The translations under genes and the position numbers were made by a program. Positions 1 to 9,655 of a stretch of DNA of 41,833 nt are shown one piece after another (within the stretch, counting starts at the first letter, position 1; the number at the start of each line of letters is the position of its first letter). Location: IMG/VR virus record IMGVR_UViG_3300017909_003587, positions 1 to 41,833 of that record. One strand, given 5' to 3'. Source of the stretch: a virus (lineage: Duplodnaviria > Caudoviricetes). The notes below the pieces were generated by a model, which was not told the DNA's origin, ran no database searches, and saw only the letters and a program-made list of their open reading frames with translations.

Positions 1-1217
1 ATTACTGAATGATTATTAGATGAATTATGAAATATTCTTAAATCATCATTACCAAATCTTAATCTTTTGTCACTAGGTAAAGTTATACCATGCGAAAAAT
101 CAAACTCGTCATTGGTGGCATCCCATAAGATAGTCGCATCAGTAGAAGCATCAACAGCATCTTGAATAGTGATACCAGCTCCATTGGCACTTGCTGAAGA
201 ATCGCCTGTAGAGTAATTAAGCGTGATGTTGTTGTCTTCGACATTTAGATTGGTTGTGTCGATTGTGGTAGTTGTGCCATTGACTGTGAGGTTGCCGCTT
301 ATAGTAACATCATTAGCTGTAATATTTCTACTAGCATCAACAAAAGCTGAACCACCAACTTCAACTGCACCCCCTGCAGCTACTCTAAAGTAGTGTCCAC
401 TACCATTCTCTACTCTTATGGCATAACCACTATCTTGTCTAATATCTAATTTTGCACCAGCACTTGTATTTCCTAAACAAAGGTTGCCTGAGCTGTCTAT
501 TCTCATGCGTTCTGAACCAGTAGTTGTTGTGCCATTGGCAGCAGTCATAAATGAAATTCTGGTTGCAGCATTGAAAGTGCTAGTACCACCACCAACTAAA
601 ACTGCGTTTTCTGAAGAACTAGAAAAACCACCAAGACCTAAGAAGCCTTCTTCATCAGCATCATGTTGTTCAAAACTTAAGCCTGAGTATTTGTTTATAT
701 TGTCTGTAACAGAAAATGCCAATCGTAATTGCTTGTAAGCAGCACCACCAACTATTTCGGTTTTGAAATCTGGCGAAGTAGTTCCTATACCAACGTTGCC
801 TGAATTGTTAATGTGCATCCTATCTGCATCATTAACCTTAAAGGTCATACATGAACCACTACCATGTGTTTGGTCTCTTCCTAATATTTCAGTATCATCA
901 CTATCAGAGAATTTAATTCTACCACTTGAAGTTGTACCAACTCTTAAATTGCCATACACATGAAGCATTTCATCTGGCGAAGTAGTTCCGATACCAACTT
1001 TAGGATTTGTTCCTGTTGTACTTGAACCTGTTGTGTCTGAATCTATATGGAGGATAGTATTATCATGTGCTGTGATAATTGTTCCGTCGGATTTTTTGAA
1101 ATATAAAGCACCACTACCAGTGTTTATGGCTAATTCGCCATCACTTAAATTTGCGCTTGTTGGAATCTTCCCAGCCGTGTCAGAACGCCTGAGCCTAATG
1201 TCTGTTTTCTGTGCCAA
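1..1217 (-). CDS. Tail fibre protein, partial (runs off the window start; missing from the ORF track)
   Basis: TTG start at 1217 with GGAG at 1227-1230. Manual translation MAQKTDIRLRRSDTAGKIPTSANLSDGELAINTGSGALYFK matches the typical T4-like fibre N-terminus. It also has VGIGTTSP and ERMRIDSSGN repeats and a GNLTVNGTTTTIDTTNLNVEDNNITL module. The frame is open to the window edge. Confidence 0.88.
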   Translation of the reverse strand, partial: MAQKTDIRLRRSDTAGKIPTSANLSDGELAINTGSGALYFKKSDGTIITAHDNTILHIDSDTTGSSTTGTNPKVGIGTTSPDEMLHVYGNLRVGTTSSGRIKFSDSDDTEILGRDQTHGSGSCMTFKVNDADRMHINNSGNVGIGTTSPDFKTEIVGGAAYKQLRLAFSVTDNINKYSGLSFEQHDADEEGFLGLGGFSSSSENAVLVGGGTSTFNAATRISFMTAANGTTTTGSERMRIDSSGNLCLGNTSAGAKLDIRQDSGYAIRVENGSGHYFRVAAGGAVEVGGSAFVDASRNITANDVTISGNLTVNGTTTTIDTTNLNVEDNNITLNYSTGDSSASANGAGITIQDAVDASTDATILWDATNDEFDFSHGITLPSDKRLRFGNDDLRIFHNSSNNHSV

Positions 1218-1294
1218 TTTTGGCTTCTCCTATCAATCTCTATATAGAGTTTATTTAATTCTTTTTCACCCTGTATATACAGGTTATATAATTT

Positions 1295-1302
1295 TATTTA
1301 TA
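1295..1302 (-). promoter_or_regulatory. T4-type late promoter TATAAATA
   Basis: Exact consensus in the intergenic gap upstream of the fibre gene at 1217. Confidence 0.8.
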
Positions 1303-2751
1303 TTAGTAAGTTCCGCAATCTATGACATTACTAAATGCAGGAGCAGCACCAGAGTTAGCTTGTAATAATGAACCATTTGCTGATGAAGCAGCTGTAACAT
1401 CTAATGCACCAGTACCATCACCATATAATACACCATTATCAGTAAATGAAGTATTACCTGTACCACCTTCTGCTACTGCAAGAGCTGTACCTAATGTTAA
1501 TGCTCCTGATACATCCAAGCTACCATTTAAATCTACAGTATCATTTAGTACAATACTATTTGACCCTGCGGCTTCAAGTGTTAAGTTACCTGATACACTT
1601 TGTAATTTACTTGCATAGACTTCGTTAAATTCTGCATCTCCCCACGGTGAATCTAAATCATCATCGTCGGTTGTAATAACTTTCTTAAATACAAACCTTT
1701 CTGTTCCAGCGTTGGAAGCTCCACCGTCGAAACCAAAGAAACCTTGTTTTACAGAACTTGATGCGTCATCATAGTATTTAAATTTAACACCTCTGTCCAA
1801 TCCATCATCTGAACTAGTACCATCGGCTAATACCATTACTGGGTCATCAATAGAAACTACAGTAGAGTTTACAGTTGTTGTTGTACCATTAACTGTAAGA
1901 TCACCAGTAACTGTTAAATCATTTCCGATTGTTACATCATTAGGTAATCCAATTGTAATTTGGTTATTAGAAACTGCTGTTTCAATTTCGTTATTAGTAC
2001 CAGAAATTGTAAGTGTTTCACCATTATTAAATGTATCATTAGTACCACTATCAGCAGCTAGTGTAAAGCTTGAAGATATTGATGCAGTTCCAGCTGCAGT
2101 TAATCTACCTTGAGCATCTACTGTAAATGTTGGAATCTGTGTTGCTGAACCATAGTCCCCTGCTGTTACAGCTGTATCATCAAGATTAATTGTTAATGTA
2201 TTACCTGCAGCGGCTGATGTTAATCCTGTACCACCTGAGATAGTCAATGTTTCACCATCTAGGTCAATAGCAATAGTACCACTATTACCTGATAAATCTA
2301 AATCTTGGCCAGTATTTTGATCATCTATATATGTTTTGATTGCAAGTGCTGAAGCTAATTGAGCGTTACTTGCACCTGATAGTGTAGTGTTAGTATTGAT
2401 AGATGTTACAACTTGTCCAGTACCACCTGATGAATCAATTCTAAGGTTACCAATATTAAGTGCATCAATATGACTATTGGCATTTACTATTACGGCACTA
2501 CTTGCTGTAAGTGTACCAGGCTCGTGGGCTAATTTACTTGTAAAATACTTACCACCGATAACATCCTGAGCTGCAGCAACTCCACCTGACTCTGTCCCGG
2601 TACCGATGTATAATCTATCACCGCCGTTTGACGTTGTTCCGCTTAAGCTGGAATACGCCATCTCACCGGTTTTTAGTATTCGGTTACCGCTATTTAACGG
2701 TACCCCACTAGTATCCGATGTTAATATCTTAATTCTTGTTTTTTGTGCCAT
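1303..2751 (-). CDS. Tail fibre / virion structural protein (482 aa)
   Basis: N-terminal GEMAYS...GGDRLYIG...VIGGKYFT motif seen in T4-like marine phage fibres, G/T/S-rich beta repeats, C-terminal IDCGTY. Confidence 0.8.
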   Translation of the reverse strand: MAQKTRIKILTSDTSGVPLNSGNRILKTGEMAYSSLSGTTSNGGDRLYIGTGTESGGVAAAQDVIGGKYFTSKLAHEPGTLTASSAVIVNANSHIDALNIGNLRIDSSGGTGQVVTSINTNTTLSGASNAQLASALAIKTYIDDQNTGQDLDLSGNSGTIAIDLDGETLTISGGTGLTSAAAGNTLTINLDDTAVTAGDYGSATQIPTFTVDAQGRLTAAGTASISSSFTLAADSGTNDTFNNGETLTISGTNNEIETAVSNNQITIGLPNDVTIGNDLTVTGDLTVNGTTTTVNSTVVSIDDPVMVLADGTSSDDGLDRGVKFKYYDDASSSVKQGFFGFDGGASNAGTERFVFKKVITTDDDDLDSPWGDAEFNEVYASKLQSVSGNLTLEAAGSNSIVLNDTVDLNGSLDVSGALTLGTALAVAEGGTGNTSFTDNGVLYGDGTGALDVTAASSANGSLLQANSGAAPAFSNVIDCGTY

Positions 2752-2753
2752 CT

Positions 2754-2999
2754 CTAAAATACTCCTCCGCCTATTACTAGGTTTTCATTCTCCAACTCTT
2801 GTTTATTTTCGTATTGGTTTGTAGTTCCATTATACATTAACATAGCCCCATCTGATTTATTCGCAGTATTCACATCTGCTAAATCTCCAAGACTTAATGT
2901 TTGTGAGTTAAGTGCAACAGTTTGAGCTACGATTTCTTTTTTACCATGAACCGTAGTTTTAATGTTATTCTGTTGTCTTACTGAACCCTTTATAGCCAT
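2754..2999 (-). CDS. Small virion/fibre-associated protein (81 aa)
   Basis: LGDLADVN...DGAMLMYN motif and GGGVF terminus; start overlaps the upstream stop (TAATG). Confidence 0.7.
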   Translation of the reverse strand: MAIKGSVRQQNNIKTTVHGKKEIVAQTVALNSQTLSLGDLADVNTANKSDGAMLMYNGTTNQYENKQELENENLVIGGGVF

Positions 3000-3346
3000 T
3001 AATATGTTACTCCTGGCGTTACTTCAATCTGTCCTTCAACTATTCTTGTTACAGCATTTGTTGAATTATGTTCTATCTCAACATCATACACATATCTTCC
3101 AGGCTTTAAACCATTTGTCTGTGTAGCTGATAAAGCTATATTTACAACACCACCAGATTCATTACTAATAGCACATGTAAAACTGGTTGCTGTTGAAGAG
3201 GTATATGTTTTTCTCATCATACCTCTAACATTACCGACGTTATTATAGTTTGCTAAATTTAAAGCATCACCATCAGCATCAGTAACATCTATATCTACAC
3301 TAAATGTTGACCCTTGGTCTATTGTTAAGTTTGAAATAATCGCCAT
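2999..3346 (-). CDS. Virion structural protein, BppU-N-like fold (115 aa)
   Basis: LTIDQGSTF...GRYVYDVEI...RIVEGQIEVTPGVT is a conserved T4-like phage family pattern; late promoter upstream. Confidence 0.8.
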   Translation of the reverse strand: MAIISNLTIDQGSTFSVDIDVTDADGDALNLANYNNVGNVRGMMRKTYTSSTATSFTCAISNESGGVVNIALSATQTNGLKPGRYVYDVEIEHNSTNAVTRIVEGQIEVTPGVTY

Positions 3347-3357
3347 ATTATAATTCC

Positions 3358-6300
3358 TTAACTATTACTATTTATACTTTTGAGCTTTTCAACCTCAGCT
3401 TTTAACTCAATATTTTGTTCTTTTAATTCATTAATTGCGTTAATTAAAAGAGGAACTAATTTTTCGTATTTAACAGCTTTATAGCCGTCATGTCCTCTTG
3501 TTTCGACAATTTCTGGTACTACCTTCTCGACTTCTTGAGCAATCACACCAACATCATGTCCTTCGTAAACTTCTTGTTTATCATTCCAATCAAATTCATA
3601 TCCTTTTAATTGTCCAACTTTCTCTAATGAATTTTTAATTGGAGTAATATTATCTTTTAATCTTTTATCTGATGATGCAAAAGCAATAATATCGCCTACG
3701 CAACGTATTGTATTTGAAGTTGTAGTAGTACCAACACCAAGTCCACCAAATCGAACGTTGTCTGTATTATCAAGTTGTACTACAATTTTATCATCAGTTC
3801 CACTTGACTGAAAAATAATACCAGTTCCAGAATCAAAACTAAAAGTATCACTTACTGCATCTGCAGTATATTGCGCACTAAGTGAACCACTATTTAAAAA
3901 AGTCATACCACTAAATGCATTTTGGTTTTCTTCAGCTGTTGTTGATATTGTTAGTGTATCACCAGTTGATGTTAAATCAATATTAGTACCTTCTTTAAAT
4001 GTAAAGGTATCCTGAATTACATCGGCCACAATAGAGTTAATAAAATTATCACTTGCATCAACTAAGTTAAATGTTTTATATGATTTAAAGCTATCGTTTA
4101 AAGAGGCTGTAATACTTCTAGAACCTACTGAACCTGTCAGCCTTAAATTTACATATGTACTATCAGCTACACCAAATGAATCATTCTGAGTTATAACTTC
4201 ATTTGTAGAGTTAGGGTCAGTGATTGTAAACTGTGTCATATCACCGGCACCGATAGCTGTTCTAACTTCCGCTCCAGTAATACCTGTATTTAATGTTGCG
4301 TTACCGCCTGTACCCAATATAGCTGGGACACCAGTATCAGATGTAATTCCTGTAACTGCAATATTAAATGCTCCAGCACTTCCTTCAGTAATTGCAATGT
4401 TACTACCATTTACTAAATTAATATTACCAGTTCTGTATGTACCTGTATTATTTTGTCTAACTTGTGTTATAGTATCATCATTAGTATCAGTAGCATTAAT
4501 TGTGGTACCACTGATTGTTAAATTACTACCAGGAGTTAAGAACTTCATTGAACCTGCTGAATCATCCCAGAACATAATCCTATCAGCATTAGGGTCTGTT
4601 AAATCTTCAATACCTAAATGGTCTAAATTAATTGTTTGGAAATGGTCACCTGATGTTGTATCAACATTACCTGATAAACCTTCACCAGCTGTAATATTAA
4701 CTCTTGTAATATCACCTGTGTTTGTTGTAAATCCTTTACTATCAATTCTATCATCAATTGCTTTAGCTGTCATTAAGACTGTATCTGAATCACTAAATGA
4801 TTCTGAACTTAGCTGAATAGCTGCACCTGCAAAATCACTAACCGCTAGGTTAGGTAATCTTGCTGAAGCTAATGTACCTGAACTTATATTACTTGCATTA
4901 AGATTAGAACTTGATGTTAGTTTACCATCTAACTGTGTTTGTATAGAACTTGTGACACCATCTAAATGATCAAATTCAGCGGATGTAACTCCTGTAGCTC
5001 TTAAATCTTTTGCATAATTAAGGTCAGCTACAACACCTGTAAATCCATCAAGTTTATTTAGTTCAGCCGCAGTAGATGTAATACTTAAATCACTGAGACT
5101 TGAAACTGTTCCTGTGTTATTAGTAAATCCTGTTGCTGAATTATCAAATGCACTTAAGTTAACATTTGAGAAAGCAATCTTTTTCTGTGTTCCGTTATCG
5201 ATATAAACAAGATGGTCAGTTCCTGCAACATCTGCAGTTTCTAAAGCAAGCTCTGTTAAATCAACATCAACATTAATTGTTTGAGCACCACTTTGGTTAA
5301 GTGTAAAGTTATTATCAGCACTAACATCTATAAGAGCTCCAGCTCCGATTGTAATTTGTGGGTTATTAACGGTTGCTTGTGTTGAAGCAATTGTAATTGT
5401 ATCACCACTTTCTGTAAGTGTTATATTACTACCAGCTTGTAAAGTAATGTCATCGGTTGTAGAATCACTGCCTGTTAGCCTGATGATTGATGTATTACCC
5501 GCACCAGCTTGTACACTTACACCATAAGTTGTATTAGTATCTGTAAATGATATTGTTGTCCATTCTAATCCACCGCCTGATGAATATGTTATTGCCTTAC
5601 CTACACTAGGTGAGCCTGATACATTTAGTTCTGCAACATCAACTGTGTTTTCATCAATAGACGCAATTAAATTAACTCCGCCTGAACCATTGAATGATAC
5701 TGCACTAGCCGTAATGTCTCCAGTAATTTCAAAGTCTCTAGCAGTTGCTAATGTTGTTGCTGTATCAGCGTTCCCAGTTACATCACCTGTTATATTAGAT
5801 GTAATTGTATTTGGTAATCTTGCATCTGAAATAGTTCCAGTTAATTGACCTGCTGGTAATGATGTTAAGTTAGAACCATCACCATGGAATTGTGGTGCAT
5901 GGAAATTTTTGTTACTTTCTAATTTTGTTCCGCTGTGAACATAGTTTAATGTTGCTGCAGCTGCGTATTCACCAAATGTAATACCTGTTCCATTGTTAGC
6001 AGTACTTGTAGATGAACCCTTACCTAATAAAATATTCTTATCAGTAATTTCTAAGTCGGTTGTTTGAAGACTTGTTGTAGTTCCTTGAACTGTTAGGTTG
6101 CCCGCAATAGTTACATCATCTGGTAAACCAATAGTTACTGTACCAGAATTTTCCGCAACAGTTACTTCACTAGCAGTTCCTTGAATTGTTAATGTATCAT
6201 TTAATGCAATGTCAGTTGTATTTGAACCATCACTTATTGTAAAATGATCGTGTTGTAATTTAGCATTAGTTACTGCATCATTTGCAATCTTAGCAGTTGT

Positions 6301-9300
6301 TACCGCTGCAGTATTAATCTTTCCTGTTGTAACAGCACTTGATGCAAGTTTATTTGCAGTAATACCATTATTTTTTAATTGTAAATTACCTGAGCTAATT
6401 TCTATTGTACTATCATCTACTTGAACAGCAAAGTCATATCTGTTATTAGTATCATCAAAGGTTACATTAATACCATTTTCAGTACCTGAGATTAATCCCC
6501 TAGCATTTTCAAATGTTAATAATGGTGATGTTATACTTCCACCATCATCAGATGTATTTGGATATACAACTTCCCAACCTTGAGCTTGGTCAGTTATACC
6601 TTCATTCCATCTAAGTTGAGCATCAGCTGCACCAGAACTTACCCCAGTAATACTTTCACGATTTACTCTAATACCTTGTTGGTTTGAATCTACATCTAAT
6701 TCAATAAACGCTGTATTAAATTGTAGAGTAGAACCACCGCCACCAAGTGTAAGTGTTGCACTTGATAAATCAAGAGTAGTACCTGACGCAAATGTCATGG
6801 TCTTACCACTACCTGTGAAATTTATATTAGAAGCGATGTTTTGATCACTACTAGATGATAAACTTAACTTACCAGATTGTAAATTAGATATATCTGTATC
6901 ATTTGAATTAATCTCACCATGTAATTCGTTTATTGCTGTTACTAAACTTGTAGCTGAAGTACCTAGGTTACCAATAGTTCCTATATTAGTATTAGTTGTT
7001 GTTTGGAATGTTTGTAATGAATCGACTTCATCTTCAACTGAATTAATAGCATTCACAATAGAATTTGTAGCTGATGTTGTTAAACTTCCTAATGAACCAA
7101 TGTTTGTGTTTATTGTTGCAATGTCTGTATCATTACTTGCAATGTTAGTTGCATTAGTATTAATTTCACCATGTAATTCATTTACTGCGGCTACTAGATT
7201 TCCTGCTGATGTTGCTAGTGAACCTATAGTTCCAATATTTGTTTGTGCTGTAGATATAGCACCTGTTACGTCTGCACCTGTATAACTTGTGTCTCCAATC
7301 TCAGCATCGATTGCATTAATAGCTGAAGTTAAATTAGATGGGTTAGCAGTATCAGCTGGGCCACCACTTACAAATGCATTTGCACCAACTTCAGTTTGTA
7401 ATTCGTTAAGCGCAGCAACTAGATTACTATCATTTGTAAATGTAGCATTTAATGAAGCAATGTCGCCAAGCTCTGTATGTAATTCGTTTATTGAACCTCT
7501 AACATGTTGTGATGAAGTATCAAGAGAACCGATAGTTAAGTTACCAGATATATCAGCAACACCGTTTACATCAAGAGAACCTGATTGCATTTCTCCAGAT
7601 ATTGTAATATTTCGTCCACCAGATATATCTTTATTAGAATCTGTAATGATAGCTTTACTTGCTATTACTGTTCCGTTTGTTATACCATCAATTAAATTAA
7701 TATCAGCTGCACTTGCGGTTACCCCGTCAAGTATATTTAGTTCTGAAGTAGTTGCTGTAACTCCATCAAGTAGATTTAATTCTGATGTACTTAATGTAGC
7801 ACCATCTAAAATATTGAGTTCATTAACATCTAGTGTTGCACCATCTAAAATATTTAGTTCTGCTGCAGTAGAAGATACAGTTGTACCATTAATAGATAGA
7901 GCATCTGTTTCAAGAGAACCATCAACATCTACATCTCCGGATATGTCTAGGTTTACAAATGTTGAAGTTCCTACCGCTATAATTGAATCATTAAATGTTG
8001 CTCTACCGTCGTTTGACATATCAAGTGTAAGAGCTGTAACACCAGATGGACCTGTTTTTAATCCTCTGAATACTAAATCACCATCAGCTATGTTAGATAG
8101 TAATTGTAAATCATTATTGTTTTTTCTAATAGAACCAAAGTGAGTCCCACCATCTTTAAACTGAATGTCTTGTCCGTTAGCATCTAATATTATATCACCT
8201 TCTACATCTAATGTAAAATCTGGAGTTGATACAATTCTTTTAGCCGATGCATCAAAGACTGCTTCAATTTCGTTAACAGCACCTGTTAAATTATTTGCTG
8301 AAGTATTTAAATCAGGAGTATTACCAATCTCTGTATGTAATTGTGTTAATGAACCAGATATTGTTGAAGCAATACCTGTGAAATCAATATCGCCTAACTG
8401 TGTTTCATGTTCGGCTATGGCACTACTTACTGTTGAAGCAGCAGTACCCATAGCTCCTGCGGTGATAGTACCTAGTTCAGCATCGTGTTCGTTTATAGCA
8501 CCTTGTAGCGTTGTTGCTGTTGTGGTTAAACTTTCAACTGAACCTATATCACTTTGTAATTCATTTAGTGCATCAACTAAATTTGCACTAAATATTTTAA
8601 TGTCATCATTCGCCGCAGCTGGAGTATTGAGTTCGATGGCATTTCCATAAGCTGTGTCGTATGAGACTATTGCACCTGTTTGTGCAGATGTTAAAGCGGT
8701 TGTATTATTAATATTATTATCAGGATGGTTCCTAATTGTTAAATCTTGGTTTGTGTTAAATGTACCAGTGACTGCTTTAAATAATACTTGAGATGATGAA
8801 GCATGTAATACAGTACCACTAAATCCATCTGTTTGATTAATAACAGACCCTTCTGTTATTTCAGAAACATCTGGTGAACCTGTCAATGGTAATCTAGCTG
8901 CCAATGTAGCAACATGGAATCCATCAGCACTTAAGTCTTGATTTAGTTCTGTATTATTTTTATATACTCTTACTACACCAACTGAGAATCCTTCAGAATG
9001 TACTCTATCATGGTTAGCTGCAGCAATAGTATTAGCACTATTATCTGTTATGTCTTGTGTACTATCATATTCGCCACTAGTATTTGTTAAAAGAATCTTT
9101 TCAGTTGTACTTGAAACAACTGTAGCACTAAATCCACCACTTTGTGATATTGTTGCACCAGCCGCAAATCCTGTTAGTGAAGAAACATCATTTAAAATTA
9201 AATACCCAGCAGTGTTATCAAGTGATTCTTCTGGTTTAATTTCAAATCTAATTGTTTTAGAATTATCATCATTACCAAAGAATCTTAATGAACCGGCTGA

Positions 9301-9447
9301 TACATTATCAAGGTTATAAACCTTATCAGCAAACTGACCACCTAGCTGTTCGTTATCGCCAAGGTGTAAAGATATCTCATTAGACTTCTGCCTAAATTGT
9401 TCTAGTGTATTACTTTTTAAAATTCTTGTTTCTTTATTAGCTGCCAT
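3358..9447 (-). CDS. Long tail fibre (2029 aa) with C-terminal peptidase S74 intramolecular chaperone
   Basis: C-terminal SDKRLKDNI...GYEFDWN...GVIAQEVEKVVPEIV...KAVKYEKLVPLLINAINEL is the S74 signature. Coiled-coil AINELH repeats and ELNILDG repeats are also present. Confidence 0.9.
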   Translation of the reverse strand: MAANKETRILKSNTLEQFRQKSNEISLHLGDNEQLGGQFADKVYNLDNVSAGSLRFFGNDDNSKTIRFEIKPEESLDNTAGYLILNDVSSLTGFAAGATISQSGGFSATVVSSTTEKILLTNTSGEYDSTQDITDNSANTIAAANHDRVHSEGFSVGVVRVYKNNTELNQDLSADGFHVATLAARLPLTGSPDVSEITEGSVINQTDGFSGTVLHASSSQVLFKAVTGTFNTNQDLTIRNHPDNNINNTTALTSAQTGAIVSYDTAYGNAIELNTPAAANDDIKIFSANLVDALNELQSDIGSVESLTTTATTLQGAINEHDAELGTITAGAMGTAASTVSSAIAEHETQLGDIDFTGIASTISGSLTQLHTEIGNTPDLNTSANNLTGAVNEIEAVFDASAKRIVSTPDFTLDVEGDIILDANGQDIQFKDGGTHFGSIRKNNNDLQLLSNIADGDLVFRGLKTGPSGVTALTLDMSNDGRATFNDSIIAVGTSTFVNLDISGDVDVDGSLETDALSINGTTVSSTAAELNILDGATLDVNELNILDGATLSTSELNLLDGVTATTSELNILDGVTASAADINLIDGITNGTVIASKAIITDSNKDISGGRNITISGEMQSGSLDVNGVADISGNLTIGSLDTSSQHVRGSINELHTELGDIASLNATFTNDSNLVAALNELQTEVGANAFVSGGPADTANPSNLTSAINAIDAEIGDTSYTGADVTGAISTAQTNIGTIGSLATSAGNLVAAVNELHGEINTNATNIASNDTDIATINTNIGSLGSLTTSATNSIVNAINSVEDEVDSLQTFQTTTNTNIGTIGNLGTSATSLVTAINELHGEINSNDTDISNLQSGKLSLSSSSDQNIASNINFTGSGKTMTFASGTTLDLSSATLTLGGGGSTLQFNTAFIELDVDSNQQGIRVNRESITGVSSGAADAQLRWNEGITDQAQGWEVVYPNTSDDGGSITSPLLTFENARGLISGTENGINVTFDDTNNRYDFAVQVDDSTIEISSGNLQLKNNGITANKLASSAVTTGKINTAAVTTAKIANDAVTNAKLQHDHFTISDGSNTTDIALNDTLTIQGTASEVTVAENSGTVTIGLPDDVTIAGNLTVQGTTTSLQTTDLEITDKNILLGKGSSTSTANNGTGITFGEYAAAATLNYVHSGTKLESNKNFHAPQFHGDGSNLTSLPAGQLTGTISDARLPNTITSNITGDVTGNADTATTLATARDFEITGDITASAVSFNGSGGVNLIASIDENTVDVAELNVSGSPSVGKAITYSSGGGLEWTTISFTDTNTTYGVSVQAGAGNTSIIRLTGSDSTTDDITLQAGSNITLTESGDTITIASTQATVNNPQITIGAGALIDVSADNNFTLNQSGAQTINVDVDLTELALETADVAGTDHLVYIDNGTQKKIAFSNVNLSAFDNSATGFTNNTGTVSSLSDLSITSTAAELNKLDGFTGVVADLNYAKDLRATGVTSAEFDHLDGVTSSIQTQLDGKLTSSSNLNASNISSGTLASARLPNLAVSDFAGAAIQLSSESFSDSDTVLMTAKAIDDRIDSKGFTTNTGDITRVNITAGEGLSGNVDTTSGDHFQTINLDHLGIEDLTDPNADRIMFWDDSAGSMKFLTPGSNLTISGTTINATDTNDDTITQVRQNNTGTYRTGNINLVNGSNIAITEGSAGAFNIAVTGITSDTGVPAILGTGGNATLNTGITGAEVRTAIGAGDMTQFTITDPNSTNEVITQNDSFGVADSTYVNLRLTGSVGSRSITASLNDSFKSYKTFNLVDASDNFINSIVADVIQDTFTFKEGTNIDLTSTGDTLTISTTAEENQNAFSGMTFLNSGSLSAQYTADAVSDTFSFDSGTGIIFQSSGTDDKIVVQLDNTDNVRFGGLGVGTTTTSNTIRCVGDIIAFASSDKRLKDNITPIKNSLEKVGQLKGYEFDWNDKQEVYEGHDVGVIAQEVEKVVPEIVETRGHDGYKAVKYEKLVPLLINAINELKEQNIELKAEVEKLKSINSNS
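3369..3376 (-). promoter_or_regulatory. T4-type late promoter TATAAATA
   Basis: Exact consensus in the last codons of the 2029-aa gene, 22 nt upstream of the ATG at 3346. Confidence 0.7.
7685..7880 (-). repeat. Five tandem 13-aa (39-nt) coding repeats, consensus xTxxxxELNILDG
   Basis: SSTAAELNILDG ATLDVNELNILDG ATLSTSELNLLDG VTATTSELNILDG VTASAADINLIDG. Confidence 0.8.
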
Positions 9448-9647
9448 TATTTTTTACTCAATCCTTTTACTAGTTTTTTTAATTCGTTTATATCATCTTG
9501 CATTTGAGCAATCTGATTATCTTTTTCTTGAACCATTTCCTTCTGTTTTCTACGAGCTTCAAATACAGAACTATTAGTATTTATAACAGCTCCAGTATCG
9601 CTATCTTTTACAAATCCTTTTAATTCTTTTACTTTTTTCTTAGCCAT
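9447..9647 (-). CDS. Conserved small T4-like phage protein (66 aa, coiled-coil C-terminus)
   Basis: GFVKDSDTGAVINTN...DINELKKLV pattern, typically found after the DUF4815 gene; TAATG coupling to the fibre gene. Confidence 0.75.
   Translation of the reverse strand: MAKKKVKELKGFVKDSDTGAVINTNSSVFEARRKQKEMVQEKDNQIAQMQDDINELKKLVKGLSKK
9578..9585 (-). promoter_or_regulatory. Possible late promoter TATAAATA for the 2029-aa fibre
   Basis: Exact consensus inside the 66-aa ORF, about 130 nt upstream of the fibre ATG; could be chance in AT-rich DNA. Confidence 0.45.
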
Positions 9648-9655
9648 ATTTTATC

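Noticed and set aside
7685-7880. CRISPR-like or DGR repeat
   Set aside because: Degenerate in-frame protein repeats; no spacers, cas genes or reverse transcriptase in the window.
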